Sequence record: OP172791
DNA from: Escherichia phage ECO340P1
Length of the DNA: 64,000 nucleotides
Direction: 5' to 3' (one strand)
Both the position numbers and the translations under genes were made by a program. Positions 36,406-46,180 of this stretch are shown piece after piece. The notes beneath the pieces were generated by a model. It was not told where the DNA came from and did no database searches. It was given only the letters and a program-made list of their open reading frames with translations. Position 1 is the first letter of the stretch, and every line of letters starts with the position of its first letter.

Positions 36406-39282
36406 TTACTCAGTAACGTCCACACTAATGTTTGCCATTGTCAAAACAGTAAGTGCAGGAATATTGCTCGAATCCAAAACAGGTAATGCATTTTGGGGAT
36501 TAAGTTTTTTGTATAAAGCATACAACCCAAAACCACGTAACAACTCTCCAGCGTGGAAGCCAAAGAAGACTCCGTTATCACTGTCTGGTCTAGGAGCGGC
36601 ACTCCAACAACCATTCATAACGTGATTAGGACCAAGAACAATATAATTTTCCTGAATAAGTTCAAAACAGCGGTCTGCTACTATTTTAATGTTAGGAATT
36701 TCTGAATCATATCCAGCCATCCCCATTATAGCACATCCCGCCATAAAGAGCGCAGACATGTGACTTGTAAAGTCATCTACAGGCGCAGCCACTTCTCCGT
36801 TAGGATAAAATATTGTTGGTGTTCTTCCTTCGTTGTTATCTTGGAACCACTTCAGATAGTTGATCCAGTTTTTACAAACTGTTAAAAGTTTTTCAGGAAC
36901 TTCTGCTCCTCGTTGTTTCAGTTCGTATACTGTATGACACGCACAGAAGAATGCTCGTGCTTCATAACCATCCCAAGCTTTATCGTTCCAATGATACATT
37001 GTGAACTCATTCTTGTTTCCGTATTTATGAGCATCCCAACGATCCCAAACATAAGCTTGTGCCATTGGCCCAGGCATTACAGGGGCAAACTTATTATAAA
37101 ACCACATTTGTGAATCATATAAAAAGTCTATACTGTTGTTCATACGAACCCAGTCAATATCTCTCCCTTTAAAACAATATAAGGATGGGTATTGATAACC
37201 TGGGTAAGGAATACCACGCCAACCGTCATATAATGCTGTATTAGGATCACTAATATTGGAAAATGGAATGATTCCTGGAGTATAATTCAAACTGTCAAGT
37301 TTGTAGTCCAGTATTGTACAATCTCCAAGTTTTGCTGTATAAGGATTTTCAGATGAAACTGTAACCCTGAAATACATTGTGTAATCATCACCAGCGGCTG
37401 AAGAATACAAAGATGGGATATCGTTAACGCAATAAAAGTCGATTGCCCCTGTCAAGCCATTTGCAGGTTCAGAATCCAATGCAATGTTGATCTGATCAAC
37501 AGCAGTCAGGTTTATTGACGAAGGTTTTGTCTCTGTGTCATCGTGATTAGGTTGCCAAGTACTTAATTTGAAATCAGCAGGACTTAAAGCTTTAGTAACC
37601 CATGCAGAATTTGTTTTTTCTAACATAGCCCACCATCTCCAACCTGCGGAATCCGTAATAGTGATGTTAAAATCATCTGCGTATGAACGATACGTAATAG
37701 ATTTTAAATTGGCTGTTTTAGTTGGTGTTAACCAAAACCCAATAGTAAAACCACCATCTGAATCCATATTAGCAGAAACTATCTGATCACTATTTGTCCC
37801 AGCAATACCAGTTGCATATTTATATTGTATCACAGTATTGCTTCCCCAGTCAACAATGATTCTAGGTTCAGCAATAATATATACACCACCTCCAGGAGGT
37901 TCAGTGCGCATAAAACTGGATAAAGGTATATCCATCTTAGTCATATTAGCTGCACCAAGAGGTAAGCCACAACGATATGTCACTGTGTCTGTTTCACTCT
38001 TAGTCTTGCTTAATTCTAACTCTGGACGGAAAAGAACACCTTCCCCTGCATCATCTACGCCTTGAAACTCAATACGTAGTTTTGAATTCTGATCCACTCT
38101 GAACCAAACTGCCTGTTGTTCTAGAGTTGTTTGTGCTGCAACATCTTGGCGAATTACTGTGTATCCTAATTCGTCACGAGAATATTTAGGTATTGCTGTA
38201 GATGGGTATGAGTAATCATAAGAAATACCATCTGTAAAAGGAATTATTGCTGTCGTAGATCTACGGAAGAATTTATCAAACATATCGATGTTTGAGTAGT
38301 CTTGACACAGCAATAAAGAAGATTGCCAGCAAAGCCAGTATTTTCTCTCTCCTGTGATCTGATACATCAAGTAGTTTGCATCACACCACCACGTTTCAGC
38401 ATCGGAAGCATTATCTTGATAACCTAACTCTACCGGAACGTTTACAGGACGGTTATGCCACATCTCATTACGTTTAAGTAGATACCCACCGTGTTCTACA
38501 GGGTTGCATGTAGCATAGTTGAATTTATAGTCACCGTTCACAGAAGCGTTTTTAAGTTGCACTGTTCCATATTCTGCAAAGCTATGACCAGTAGATAAAA
38601 TGTTACCATCCCAATCAACTTTACGTCCTAGACGGTCTATAATCCATTCAACGTCCCACTGATCTCCATATTCTTTCCAGTTGGTTGAACCATCTGGGTT
38701 AGTTGCATACACTGTTGCGTTAACAGAGTTCCAACCAAGATTACCATTGAAAGCAAACCAAGCTTTATCTAAGTATTCTCCCCAGTGTGGCGCACCTTTA
38801 GGAATAATAGTCCTTCCGTTAATCCAAGTCATCATGCTACCTTTGAACCCACCGTGCGTAGGATACCCATCATCTGTGAGAGGGTAATGTGCTAAACGTG
38901 GTTCTTTACCATTGATGATCCAGTTGGGACGATATTTAGCCGGAGGATCAGGAATAGGTTGGCCCCCGAAGAAGTGATCTATATAAGCTTGCCAATACTT
39001 CTCGGCAGATTCAAGATATTTTTTATCCCCTGTAGCCAAATATGCATAAGCAAAACCAGTGATAAGCACAGATTGACCTTCGGTAGTAGCGTCACCGTTT
39101 GGTTGCCCTTCCTGCGCTGTCCAGTTAATAAAGTGTCTGTTGTTCGCCAATACGTTTTGTGGGTTGATAATGTAATGCTGAACCGTAGGATCTATGGTAA
39201 GCCCAGTATTTCTTTCCAAAAACTGAACCAACCCTTCAATCAACTGAAACGTGTTGTCAATATTGTGCTTAACTCTTGACAT
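36406..39282 (-). CDS. large tail-associated protein with glycoside-hydrolase-like (alpha/alpha toroid) regions
   Basis: 958 aa; W/Y/G-rich segments such as GFAYAYLATGDKKYLESAEKYWQAY; fold assignment is tentative. Confidence 0.45.
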   Translation of the reverse strand: MSRVKHNIDNTFQLIEGLVQFLERNTGLTIDPTVQHYIINPQNVLANNRHFINWTAQEGQPNGDATTEGQSVLITGFAYAYLATGDKKYLESAEKYWQAYIDHFFGGQPIPDPPAKYRPNWIINGKEPRLAHYPLTDDGYPTHGGFKGSMMTWINGRTIIPKGAPHWGEYLDKAWFAFNGNLGWNSVNATVYATNPDGSTNWKEYGDQWDVEWIIDRLGRKVDWDGNILSTGHSFAEYGTVQLKNASVNGDYKFNYATCNPVEHGGYLLKRNEMWHNRPVNVPVELGYQDNASDAETWWCDANYLMYQITGERKYWLCWQSSLLLCQDYSNIDMFDKFFRRSTTAIIPFTDGISYDYSYPSTAIPKYSRDELGYTVIRQDVAAQTTLEQQAVWFRVDQNSKLRIEFQGVDDAGEGVLFRPELELSKTKSETDTVTYRCGLPLGAANMTKMDIPLSSFMRTEPPGGGVYIIAEPRIIVDWGSNTVIQYKYATGIAGTNSDQIVSANMDSDGGFTIGFWLTPTKTANLKSITYRSYADDFNITITDSAGWRWWAMLEKTNSAWVTKALSPADFKLSTWQPNHDDTETKPSSINLTAVDQINIALDSEPANGLTGAIDFYCVNDIPSLYSSAAGDDYTMYFRVTVSSENPYTAKLGDCTILDYKLDSLNYTPGIIPFSNISDPNTALYDGWRGIPYPGYQYPSLYCFKGRDIDWVRMNNSIDFLYDSQMWFYNKFAPVMPGPMAQAYVWDRWDAHKYGNKNEFTMYHWNDKAWDGYEARAFFCACHTVYELKQRGAEVPEKLLTVCKNWINYLKWFQDNNEGRTPTIFYPNGEVAAPVDDFTSHMSALFMAGCAIMGMAGYDSEIPNIKIVADRCFELIQENYIVLGPNHVMNGCWSAAPRPDSDNGVFFGFHAGELLRGFGLYALYKKLNPQNALPVLDSSNIPALTVLTMANISVDVTE

Positions 39283-39755
39283 TAAATAACTCCTGCTAAA
39301 ACTAAGCTACCTGTCCAAGTTGCACCATTATCATAACTGATAAACTCAAAAGTGTCTGTTGCACCTTGACGATAACTCAAAACTGGGGGACGACCAAAAC
39401 TCCATTTTACAGAAGAAGGCCATACGACTTTATTTGCACCACTTCCTTGACGCAAAGCTAAAGTAAAGTTTAAAACTGCATTTGTTGCTACTGGAATATT
39501 AGTAAAACTAATTGTGCACGTTGCAGAAGATAAAGTTGCTGAAAAATATTCTGCTGAACTAATATCTAATGCCAAGGTGCTAGTTACTGTTCCCCGTGCA
39601 TTCAGACGGTTTCTAGTTACCCCTGCACCACTCAACAGCACTTTCAAAGAAGTTTTCTTTGTTATTCCAGCCTGATCTGTTACAAAGAAATCTGTATCAG
39701 ATACAGAGGTTGTTTGTGTAAGATCAGAAATTTTGATCGTAGTTAAATCTGCCAT
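39282..39755 (-). CDS. hypothetical tail/baseplate protein
   Basis: 157-aa ORF, Thr/Ser-rich, coupled to neighbours. Confidence 0.4.
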   Translation of the reverse strand: MADLTTIKISDLTQTTSVSDTDFFVTDQAGITKKTSLKVLLSGAGVTRNRLNARGTVTSTLALDISSAEYFSATLSSATCTISFTNIPVATNAVLNFTLALRQGSGANKVVWPSSVKWSFGRPPVLSYRQGATDTFEFISYDNGATWTGSLVLAGVI

Positions 39756-40381
39756 TACTCTTCTACTCCTGTCATAGCTGTTATACCGAAATCATTGTTT
39801 GTAGCTAATGCATCACCTTTTTCGTTAACCATGATTCTTTCCACTGCTGACTCTGTGGACCATTCATTCCACCAAGTAGAGTAGGTATCACGTGGCAAAC
39901 CAACAAAGTTGATAAAGCGATAAAGTCTATTCGAATTCTCAACAATACTGTAAGCTTCACAAATGATCGCTGCATTGTCTTCGCCAGCTTCAGGGTAAAT
40001 AAACTCTTCAGAAGGTTGAGTATTGAATATAGATGTTACTGTATCTGCTCCAACTGTGACCATAACTGTCATTGAGTAATAACGTTGGTCCATATCATAA
40101 GCAGATTTATAACTGTTTATTGTATCGATGTAAACGTTTTTGGCAATCTCTGCTAAAAATATTCTGTCTACAATATCTTTCTTTCTGGCAACACCAATAA
40201 TCTCTTGTAAGTAAGGAACACCAAAGTTAGTATTTAAAAACCACTCCCCACGATACGTGTTCAGAGTTATCCCAAGAGTTTGTGCTGCAATTTCTGTTCT
40301 GGTTGTGGTAAGGACCAAATCCCCATCGTCCATGATGAGGTCGTTGTTTGGTCCAAGTTTTAAGTCAAAAGGGATTCCCAT
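39755..40381 (-). CDS. baseplate wedge protein (gp25/gpW-like)
   Basis: N-terminus GIPFDLKLGPNNDLIMDDGDLVLTTTRTEIAAQTLGITLNTYRGEWFLNTNFGVP resembles the GPW_gp25 family. Confidence 0.5.
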   Translation of the reverse strand: MGIPFDLKLGPNNDLIMDDGDLVLTTTRTEIAAQTLGITLNTYRGEWFLNTNFGVPYLQEIIGVARKKDIVDRIFLAEIAKNVYIDTINSYKSAYDMDQRYYSMTVMVTVGADTVTSIFNTQPSEEFIYPEAGEDNAAIICEAYSIVENSNRLYRFINFVGLPRDTYSTWWNEWSTESAVERIMVNEKGDALATNNDFGITAMTGVEE

Positions 40382-40382
40382 G

Positions 40383-41117
40383 TTAGGCTCCTGTTGGTTT
40401 TAAGGACTCGGCACTTGAGCTACCGCTCTGAATGTTACGAACCGTGTGCGTGTGAGTATGGAATCCGATGCCATTACCATCTGTCATCAAACCGTTCTGA
40501 TCTATTTTAAGACCATTGATATCTGCTACGCCGCCTTTGAAAGTTAAATTACCACCTTTTAGATCCAAAGTCCCTGTGCCATCTGTAATAGTAATACCGG
40601 AGGTAGTAATGTCTATTTTCATCCCTTGACTATTCCATATTGAAATATTACCTGTAGGGTCGAAAGAAGCGTACGTGTTTTTGTTATTAGAAATAACTAC
40701 CTTTTCAGAATCTACAGCTTCTGTTGAATCTGTTCCTGTAGCTATTTTGGGAATAAAACAAATAGGGTATAATCCACAAGGCTGCATAAAAGTGGATGAT
40801 GAAGAAGTTTCCCCACTAGTTTGCAGTGCATTAGAAGGATCTCGTTCAGAAAATATAACGGTCCCTAAATCTCCTGATTTAATAGGGAATGAGATTCTTC
40901 CTGTCCCACCACCATTAACCATGAAAGGAACATCTTCAAAAGTAGGATAATCTATTTCATCTTCACTAGATCGTGTGTTTTTAACAATAGATTCTAAGGT
41001 GACAGTCTTAGCACCATAATTAACGCCAGTCACACGGACTGGCAAGGCTGTATGGACTTCTGCTAATTGTTCTGTCATTAAGCCACGCATTGCTGTGACA
41101 AAATTCAATGCATCCAT
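40383..41117 (-). CDS. baseplate spike / hub protein (gpV-like)
   Basis: OB-fold-like N-terminus and Gly-rich C-terminal repeats; position after the wedge gene. Confidence 0.45.
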   Translation of the reverse strand: MDALNFVTAMRGLMTEQLAEVHTALPVRVTGVNYGAKTVTLESIVKNTRSSEDEIDYPTFEDVPFMVNGGGTGRISFPIKSGDLGTVIFSERDPSNALQTSGETSSSSTFMQPCGLYPICFIPKIATGTDSTEAVDSEKVVISNNKNTYASFDPTGNISIWNSQGMKIDITTSGITITDGTGTLDLKGGNLTFKGGVADINGLKIDQNGLMTDGNGIGFHTHTHTVRNIQSGSSSAESLKPTGA

Positions 41118-42127
41118 TATTTCTCCTTAGTCATTATTTCAGACACGGATACACACTCCACTTCAGTAACCCACTCTTTACCTTCTTTATCTCCGTTGTG
41201 AGAAACAGAAACTACTTTAAATGGACCATCATAATCTCGGCTTTTTAACCAGATTGTTTTTTCTGGTAATATTGCACCATTCATTTGGCATTTGAATTTA
41301 ACACCATCTGTAGGTTTCTTTGCCTTCTTAGATGACTTGGTAACTTTTTTAGTAGGTTTTATATCGTTGTGGAATGGTTCTGGACTTCCTATCAGACCAG
41401 TTTCAGGGCTAATGTAGGCGCTACGTGCACTAGACATTTGTGAACGAGGAGTGACATAAACAGATCCATCTTGTATTGACACATTGTGATCAATACTTTT
41501 ACAAATATGTTCTAGGTAATGTGAAGTGTTTCCACACATAGCTGTTGCTGAGGATAAGGTTTGATCATTATCTACGTGTATATTACCTTCTGTAGTTCCT
41601 AAATCCTTTACCAAATCTGTCACAACACGTTTGATTTTAGTTCCTTTTGGATAACTGCGGCTTGTTCTTGCTTCTGCAATGTTAATACCGCCATCCAAAC
41701 AGTGTAAAGTGGTTTTCCTGTCTACCGAGTCAAAAGTATCACTAACCCACTGGATAGTTCCTTTGAAGACCATAACCAACTCTTCACCTTCGTATCCTAC
41801 CGCTAAAGCAACAGCCAAGTTATTTCGGATACCACGGTTTATATAGTTAACAGTATCATCCGAAAGGTTATAAACTACAATCTCTGCTTGGTTAGGATCT
41901 TTGTTATTATCTTTCTTAATACTGAAGGTTATTTGATGGTCTTGCAACAAATACAAATTAGAAGAGGATTTTTCTGTTGTTCCTAACTTGGTATCCAAAT
42001 CTACTGTAGATTTAAATGCCGAGTTCTTAGTTCTCTTCTGTATTGTGTTTGTGGCAGAACCAATTAATAATTTGTATGCCCTGTTTAAATTAGGGGCAGG
42101 AGCTTTTGTATACTCTCTTTCTGCCAT
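41117..42127 (-). CDS. putative baseplate hub protein (gpD-like)
   Basis: 336-aa ORF in the expected position; weak assignment. Confidence 0.35.
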   Translation of the reverse strand: MAEREYTKAPAPNLNRAYKLLIGSATNTIQKRTKNSAFKSTVDLDTKLGTTEKSSSNLYLLQDHQITFSIKKDNNKDPNQAEIVVYNLSDDTVNYINRGIRNNLAVALAVGYEGEELVMVFKGTIQWVSDTFDSVDRKTTLHCLDGGINIAEARTSRSYPKGTKIKRVVTDLVKDLGTTEGNIHVDNDQTLSSATAMCGNTSHYLEHICKSIDHNVSIQDGSVYVTPRSQMSSARSAYISPETGLIGSPEPFHNDIKPTKKVTKSSKKAKKPTDGVKFKCQMNGAILPEKTIWLKSRDYDGPFKVVSVSHNGDKEGKEWVTEVECVSVSEIMTKEK

Positions 42128-42136
42128 ATTATCTCC

Positions 42137-42550
42137 TTACGCCTGATTAGGTTTGTTATCAATATAAACCAATACAAAACGTTTATCTCGACCTGTAGTT
42201 GTATACCCAGGACGACCATTAATCTTAACTGTATCTACTATATACAATTGACCATCTGGCACACTTTCAAGATATTTATAAGGTTTAAGAAGATCTAAAC
42301 CATTTGTAACTTTGAAACTTATACTTGGATCATCTCCAGATAATCCAATCTGACATTGCCAAGACTCGTCCCTAGTGTTCCACCTTAAACGAATGTCATA
42401 ATCAACTCCATCCAATGTAACTGTATATGTTTGATCAGGATACTCTTCAGTTTTCAGATACCATGCAAAATAAGTAGAATGGTCCTCTAGATAAACTGCA
42501 CTGTAGCCTGTATTACTTGTAGACCTTGTTGTTTTAGAATAAGTTGTCAC
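42137..42550 (-). CDS. hypothetical tail protein
   Basis: 137-aa ORF. Confidence 0.4.
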   Translation of the reverse strand: MTTYSKTTRSTSNTGYSAVYLEDHSTYFAWYLKTEEYPDQTYTVTLDGVDYDIRLRWNTRDESWQCQIGLSGDDPSISFKVTNGLDLLKPYKYLESVPDGQLYIVDTVKINGRPGYTTTGRDKRFVLVYIDNKPNQA

Positions 42551-42552
42551 TA

Positions 42553-43254
42553 TTAACCTCCGTTGTTTGTTGGGGTATTAGTAGCTTCAGCAGTTCTTAC
42601 TGTAATATCTGACTTAGGACCATTCGAAGCAACTTGACCTTTCACATCACCACCAGTCGATTTATTTGGTGCTGTTTTTACAGCAATAGCATTAGTAGTG
42701 GCCTTAGAAACGAGACGGATTTGTTCAAACTCTAAATCAAATTGCATAGCAAATTCAGATTTATAATCATAAGAGTAGCCTTTGAGAATAACATTTTCAA
42801 AAGTCCTGTGTTCTGTCAAAAGAACTATTGGTTGTCTTGACTCAAATATTTGATCTAGATATTCTATTGCTTGAGAAATCCTTGCCCCATTTACACCTGC
42901 ACTGTATAATTGATCTCGCATAAGCCGAATTGGTGTTTCGGTAATTATACCTGAAAGTTTAAATCTGTTGTTTTTTATTTGAACGTGGTCACTTACATCC
43001 GATCCTGATTCTACTGGAAAACTTGTAACATCTGCCTCACGAGTTACACCTACTTCAGGGACCGAATCGAAAGTAATTGCTTTAAAGTTTTGAATGTATT
43101 GATCACTTGAACTATTATAAACACTTGCTAAAATGCAGAAACCATTATCACCCTTTACAGTAGATGCCGAGGTATTTTTATTCTCGGTAGAGTTGATTTC
43201 CTGTTCTGCCTTATAGACGGCTCTCACCGACTGTTGTGGAGTCATTGCTGCCAT
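42553..43254 (-). CDS. hypothetical tail protein
   Basis: 233-aa ORF, first gene after the tape measure. Confidence 0.4.
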   Translation of the reverse strand: MAAMTPQQSVRAVYKAEQEINSTENKNTSASTVKGDNGFCILASVYNSSSDQYIQNFKAITFDSVPEVGVTREADVTSFPVESGSDVSDHVQIKNNRFKLSGIITETPIRLMRDQLYSAGVNGARISQAIEYLDQIFESRQPIVLLTEHRTFENVILKGYSYDYKSEFAMQFDLEFEQIRLVSKATTNAIAVKTAPNKSTGGDVKGQVASNGPKSDITVRTAEATNTPTNNGG

Positions 43255-43313
43255 GATAACCTCGTAGTAATGATAATGCCAAAAGGAAGATGCAAGATCT
43301 TCCCATATTGATT

Positions 43314-43343
43314 ATTGTAACACATATAGAAACTTCGTGTCAA
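43314..43343 (-). promoter_or_regulatory. sigma70-like promoter (TTGACA-N18-TACAAT) for baseplate genes
   Basis: Minus-strand -35 TTGACA (43338-43343), 18-nt spacer, -10 TACAAT (43314-43319). Confidence 0.55.
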
Positions 43344-43350
43344 GGGAAAC

Positions 43351-43376
43351 GAAAAAACCCCGCCGAAGCGAGGTAT
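43351..43376 (-). terminator. strand-specific Rho-independent terminator after the tape measure gene
   Basis: Minus-strand CCUCGC-uucg-GCGGGG (one G-U pair that works only on this strand) followed by TTTTTT. Confidence 0.55.
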
Positions 43377-43380
43377 TTTA

Positions 43381-45366
43381 TTAACCACCAGTGTTAGATT
43401 GTCCACTTAGAGTTGAAAGAGATAAACGTTGGAAAATGCTATTTCCGCTATTTTGAATTCTTGCATCAAGAATATTTCCAAACTCTGAAGAAGGGCTGAT
43501 CGTAACTTTGATAAGATCACTTGGTATTGCTACCGTATTCTCAACAACAGGTTGATTACGAGCCAAACTTACATTAGGTGTATATGCCGACTGACGTAAA
43601 TCTTCCAAAGGGTTTCCGAAACCGAAGGTTTGTGATCTGGTTTCTTCTCCTCTTATAGCACGACCAACATCTCGTGTATCTAAACCAGTGGCATTAAATA
43701 TCCAATCTGCTATAGTATTTGGTATTATTTGAGATGCGTCATTCACCTTATCTAATATAGATTTGTTAGGATCTGAATTTTTACCAAAAGTATCAGGGAA
43801 AGTTTCTTTTAACCAGTTATTAAAAGATCCAAAACCATCTCCTAATTCTTTAGCAAACCCTGTAAGCTGGACAGTTGTCTTACCAAGTTCTTCACCTAAA
43901 TTTTTGGCGAACTGATCTAACACTTTAACGTTATCCAACCAACCATCATCTTTAGGTAAAGCTTTTACAAAACCTTCTAAGAAATGGTTCTGCATACCTT
44001 GACCTACAAGTTGAACTGTTGCAGCAAAACGAGTAAACTCTTTAGAAGCGTCTATTTGTTCTTGAGTTAATGTTGCACCTGTTCTTTGAAGCATTTTCAA
44101 TGTTTCATTGTATCCTTCGCCGTTTTTACTAAACATTCGTTGGTAGTGCATAAGGTCGTCACCAAGGTTTTCAAGAAGTCGCCCGATTTGAGCAGAGTTC
44201 ATACCTCGACGCTCACCTTCATTAACAGTAGCCTGAATAAAAGCTAAAGGATCGTTCTGTAAAGGTTTAAGTTGTTCTGGATTCCATCCAAACAAGTTCA
44301 TAATGTCATTTATGCCATTATCACCGCCTTTCCACTTCCCTTCTTTCTCATTCCATTTTGAGGCTAAAACTGTATTACCAAGACGTTCACGAACGTCTTT
44401 AATATTATCTATTGACTTAATAATATTTGCAGAGTCTACACCGTTCTGTTCACCCCAAGCTGTCATCGTTAAAATAGAGTTGGCGTTTGTCTGAACGTTT
44501 TCAGCGCCACGGCTTACAAGTTTAATTCTTTCGTTAGTATTCATCAAAGTGTTACCAACTACAGAACCACCTGCAAACAGCCCAGCACCTATTAAAGAGG
44601 ATGCAATCATGCGTGGATTAAGACCTGCTGCACCTTCTTTTAATTGTCCATATCGACGATCACGATCACGTTTTTGTTGAGCTAATTCACGCTTACGGTT
44701 GCGTTCTATATCTCTAAGTTCACGATTTCGCATACGTATACGCATTTTAGCTTCTGCTTCTAGCTCTCTACGAATACGGCGACGACCGCGAACCTCGTCT
44801 TCTATTTCAGCATTCTTTTCACGATGAGATCTGCGTAAGGCATCTAACTGGTGAGCAAGAGCTTGGTTCATACGTTGAAGAGTTATTTCACCCTTTTTGT
44901 ATTGCTCTACAGCTTTACCCATAACGTCTCTAGCTTCTTGCATAGCGCCAGGACTAGCTTTACTAAATGCTCTTGCTCGATAGTTAAAGTTCTGCAAACG
45001 AAGATTACCTAAATCTTCCCTACGTGCTGCTGCTTTAGCTTCGCGTTCAGCAGCTTTACGAGCTTTTTCTTCTTCTCTTCCTTGCGGGGTTTTAGGAGTT
45101 CTAGGTCTACCAGATCCGCCTACAGGAGCACCCGCTCCAGCGGGAGTAGGTGCTCGCATAGGTTTTTGACTTTGAGTTTGAGCTTTCTTAAGTTCACGCT
45201 CAATCTCTTTCATTTGTTGTCTAAACTTGGTCATGTTCATAGTGGGTTGCATTTTATTTGCAAACTTCTGAACACTCAACACGGCATCTTTTGCTTCCTT
45301 GAGACTGTTCTTGTCCACCTTAAACGTAACCACGTTACTAATTTTGGAGGCGTTAATTTCTAACAA
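43381..45366 (-). CDS. tail tape measure protein
   Basis: 661 aa; Arg/Glu-rich coiled-coil N-terminal half, Gly-rich hydrophobic segment GAGLFAGGSVVG, located downstream of the chaperone pair. Confidence 0.7.
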   Translation of the reverse strand: MLEINASKISNVVTFKVDKNSLKEAKDAVLSVQKFANKMQPTMNMTKFRQQMKEIERELKKAQTQSQKPMRAPTPAGAGAPVGGSGRPRTPKTPQGREEEKARKAAEREAKAAARREDLGNLRLQNFNYRARAFSKASPGAMQEARDVMGKAVEQYKKGEITLQRMNQALAHQLDALRRSHREKNAEIEDEVRGRRRIRRELEAEAKMRIRMRNRELRDIERNRKRELAQQKRDRDRRYGQLKEGAAGLNPRMIASSLIGAGLFAGGSVVGNTLMNTNERIKLVSRGAENVQTNANSILTMTAWGEQNGVDSANIIKSIDNIKDVRERLGNTVLASKWNEKEGKWKGGDNGINDIMNLFGWNPEQLKPLQNDPLAFIQATVNEGERRGMNSAQIGRLLENLGDDLMHYQRMFSKNGEGYNETLKMLQRTGATLTQEQIDASKEFTRFAATVQLVGQGMQNHFLEGFVKALPKDDGWLDNVKVLDQFAKNLGEELGKTTVQLTGFAKELGDGFGSFNNWLKETFPDTFGKNSDPNKSILDKVNDASQIIPNTIADWIFNATGLDTRDVGRAIRGEETRSQTFGFGNPLEDLRQSAYTPNVSLARNQPVVENTVAIPSDLIKVTISPSSEFGNILDARIQNSGNSIFQRLSLSTLSGQSNTGG

Positions 45367-45386
45367 AGTATGTTCCTCGTGTTGGA

Positions 45387-46135
45387 TTAAACAAGTTTCT
45401 TAAACAAATCTGACATTTTATTTGTCTGGTTTTGATGTTTTCTCTTTATTGAAGTGTCTTTAACATACATGGCTTCAACATACTCTTCGTATGTTAAATA
45501 CTCATATAGTTTTAAAAGATAATCTACACCGTAGTTATCCAATGTTTTCAGTGTTTCCGAGGTATCTTTAACGACTTTGCAAAGAATAACCTCATACCAC
45601 TTCAAAGTAAGGGTTTTCGTTGCTATGTCGATAGCATGTTCAATCGCAGGTGTTAATTTGCTGCTAAACTCGTCATCGCCTGAAGCTGTGTGAACAGTTT
45701 TCCGAAACCTCGTTTGAAAAAAGGGCCGTAGTTTACCTCCAGAACTTTAGCAGTAAGATCTAACACTAGTTCTGGGTGAGCCATAAATAATTCATCAAAA
45801 TTTTCTGCAACGTTATAACCGTCTTGAGTATAAACCTCATCTAAAATTTTACGCAAAAAGACAGTTAAATTCTTTTCTTCCAAACCTGCAAAAAGTTGGA
45901 TCAATGCCATAGCAATACGTGACTCAAGGTCTTCGTCTGCGGACATTGTTGCTGTGCTATACATAGTCATAGGAACAACCAGAACACTACCTAATTCTGG
46001 AATCCTGTCAAACACTTTAGATGGACTCCACTTCATAATACGGAAAGTAACAGATCTGTTTCCATCTAACGGAATCTCAACTACTTCTTCTGGTCGAGCA
46101 TATTTTTGAATTGTGTTATCTTGTTCTTGTGACAT
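45387..46135 (-). CDS. tail assembly chaperone GT-like fusion via programmed -1 frameshift
   Basis: Slippery heptamer T_TTT_TTC in the 0 frame; the -1 frame is open from the slip site to the stop at 45387 and includes the 72-aa ORF-track product. Confidence 0.5.
45653..46135 (-). CDS. tail assembly chaperone (G-like, 0-frame product)
   Basis: 160-aa ORF between tube and tape measure; ends 48 nt before the -1 frame ORF. Confidence 0.6.
   Translation of the reverse strand: MSQEQDNTIQKYARPEEVVEIPLDGNRSVTFRIMKWSPSKVFDRIPELGSVLVVPMTMYSTATMSADEDLESRIAMALIQLFAGLEEKNLTVFLRKILDEVYTQDGYNVAENFDELFMAHPELVLDLTAKVLEVNYGPFFKRGFGKLFTQLQAMTSLAAN
45716..45722 (-). other. -1 ribosomal frameshift slippery site (T_TTT_TTC)
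   Basis: Codons CCT TTT TTC (P F F) of the G-like ORF form a canonical X_XXY_YYZ heptamer. Confidence 0.5.
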
Positions 46136-46150
46136 ATTTTCCTCTCTAAT

Positions 46151-46174
46151 GATAAAAAGGGCATTTCTGCCCTT
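46151..46174 (-). terminator. Rho-independent terminator after the tail tube gene
   Basis: Minus-strand GGGCAG-aaa-TGCCC hairpin followed by TTTTTATCATT. Confidence 0.6.
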
Positions 46175-46180
46175 TATTTA

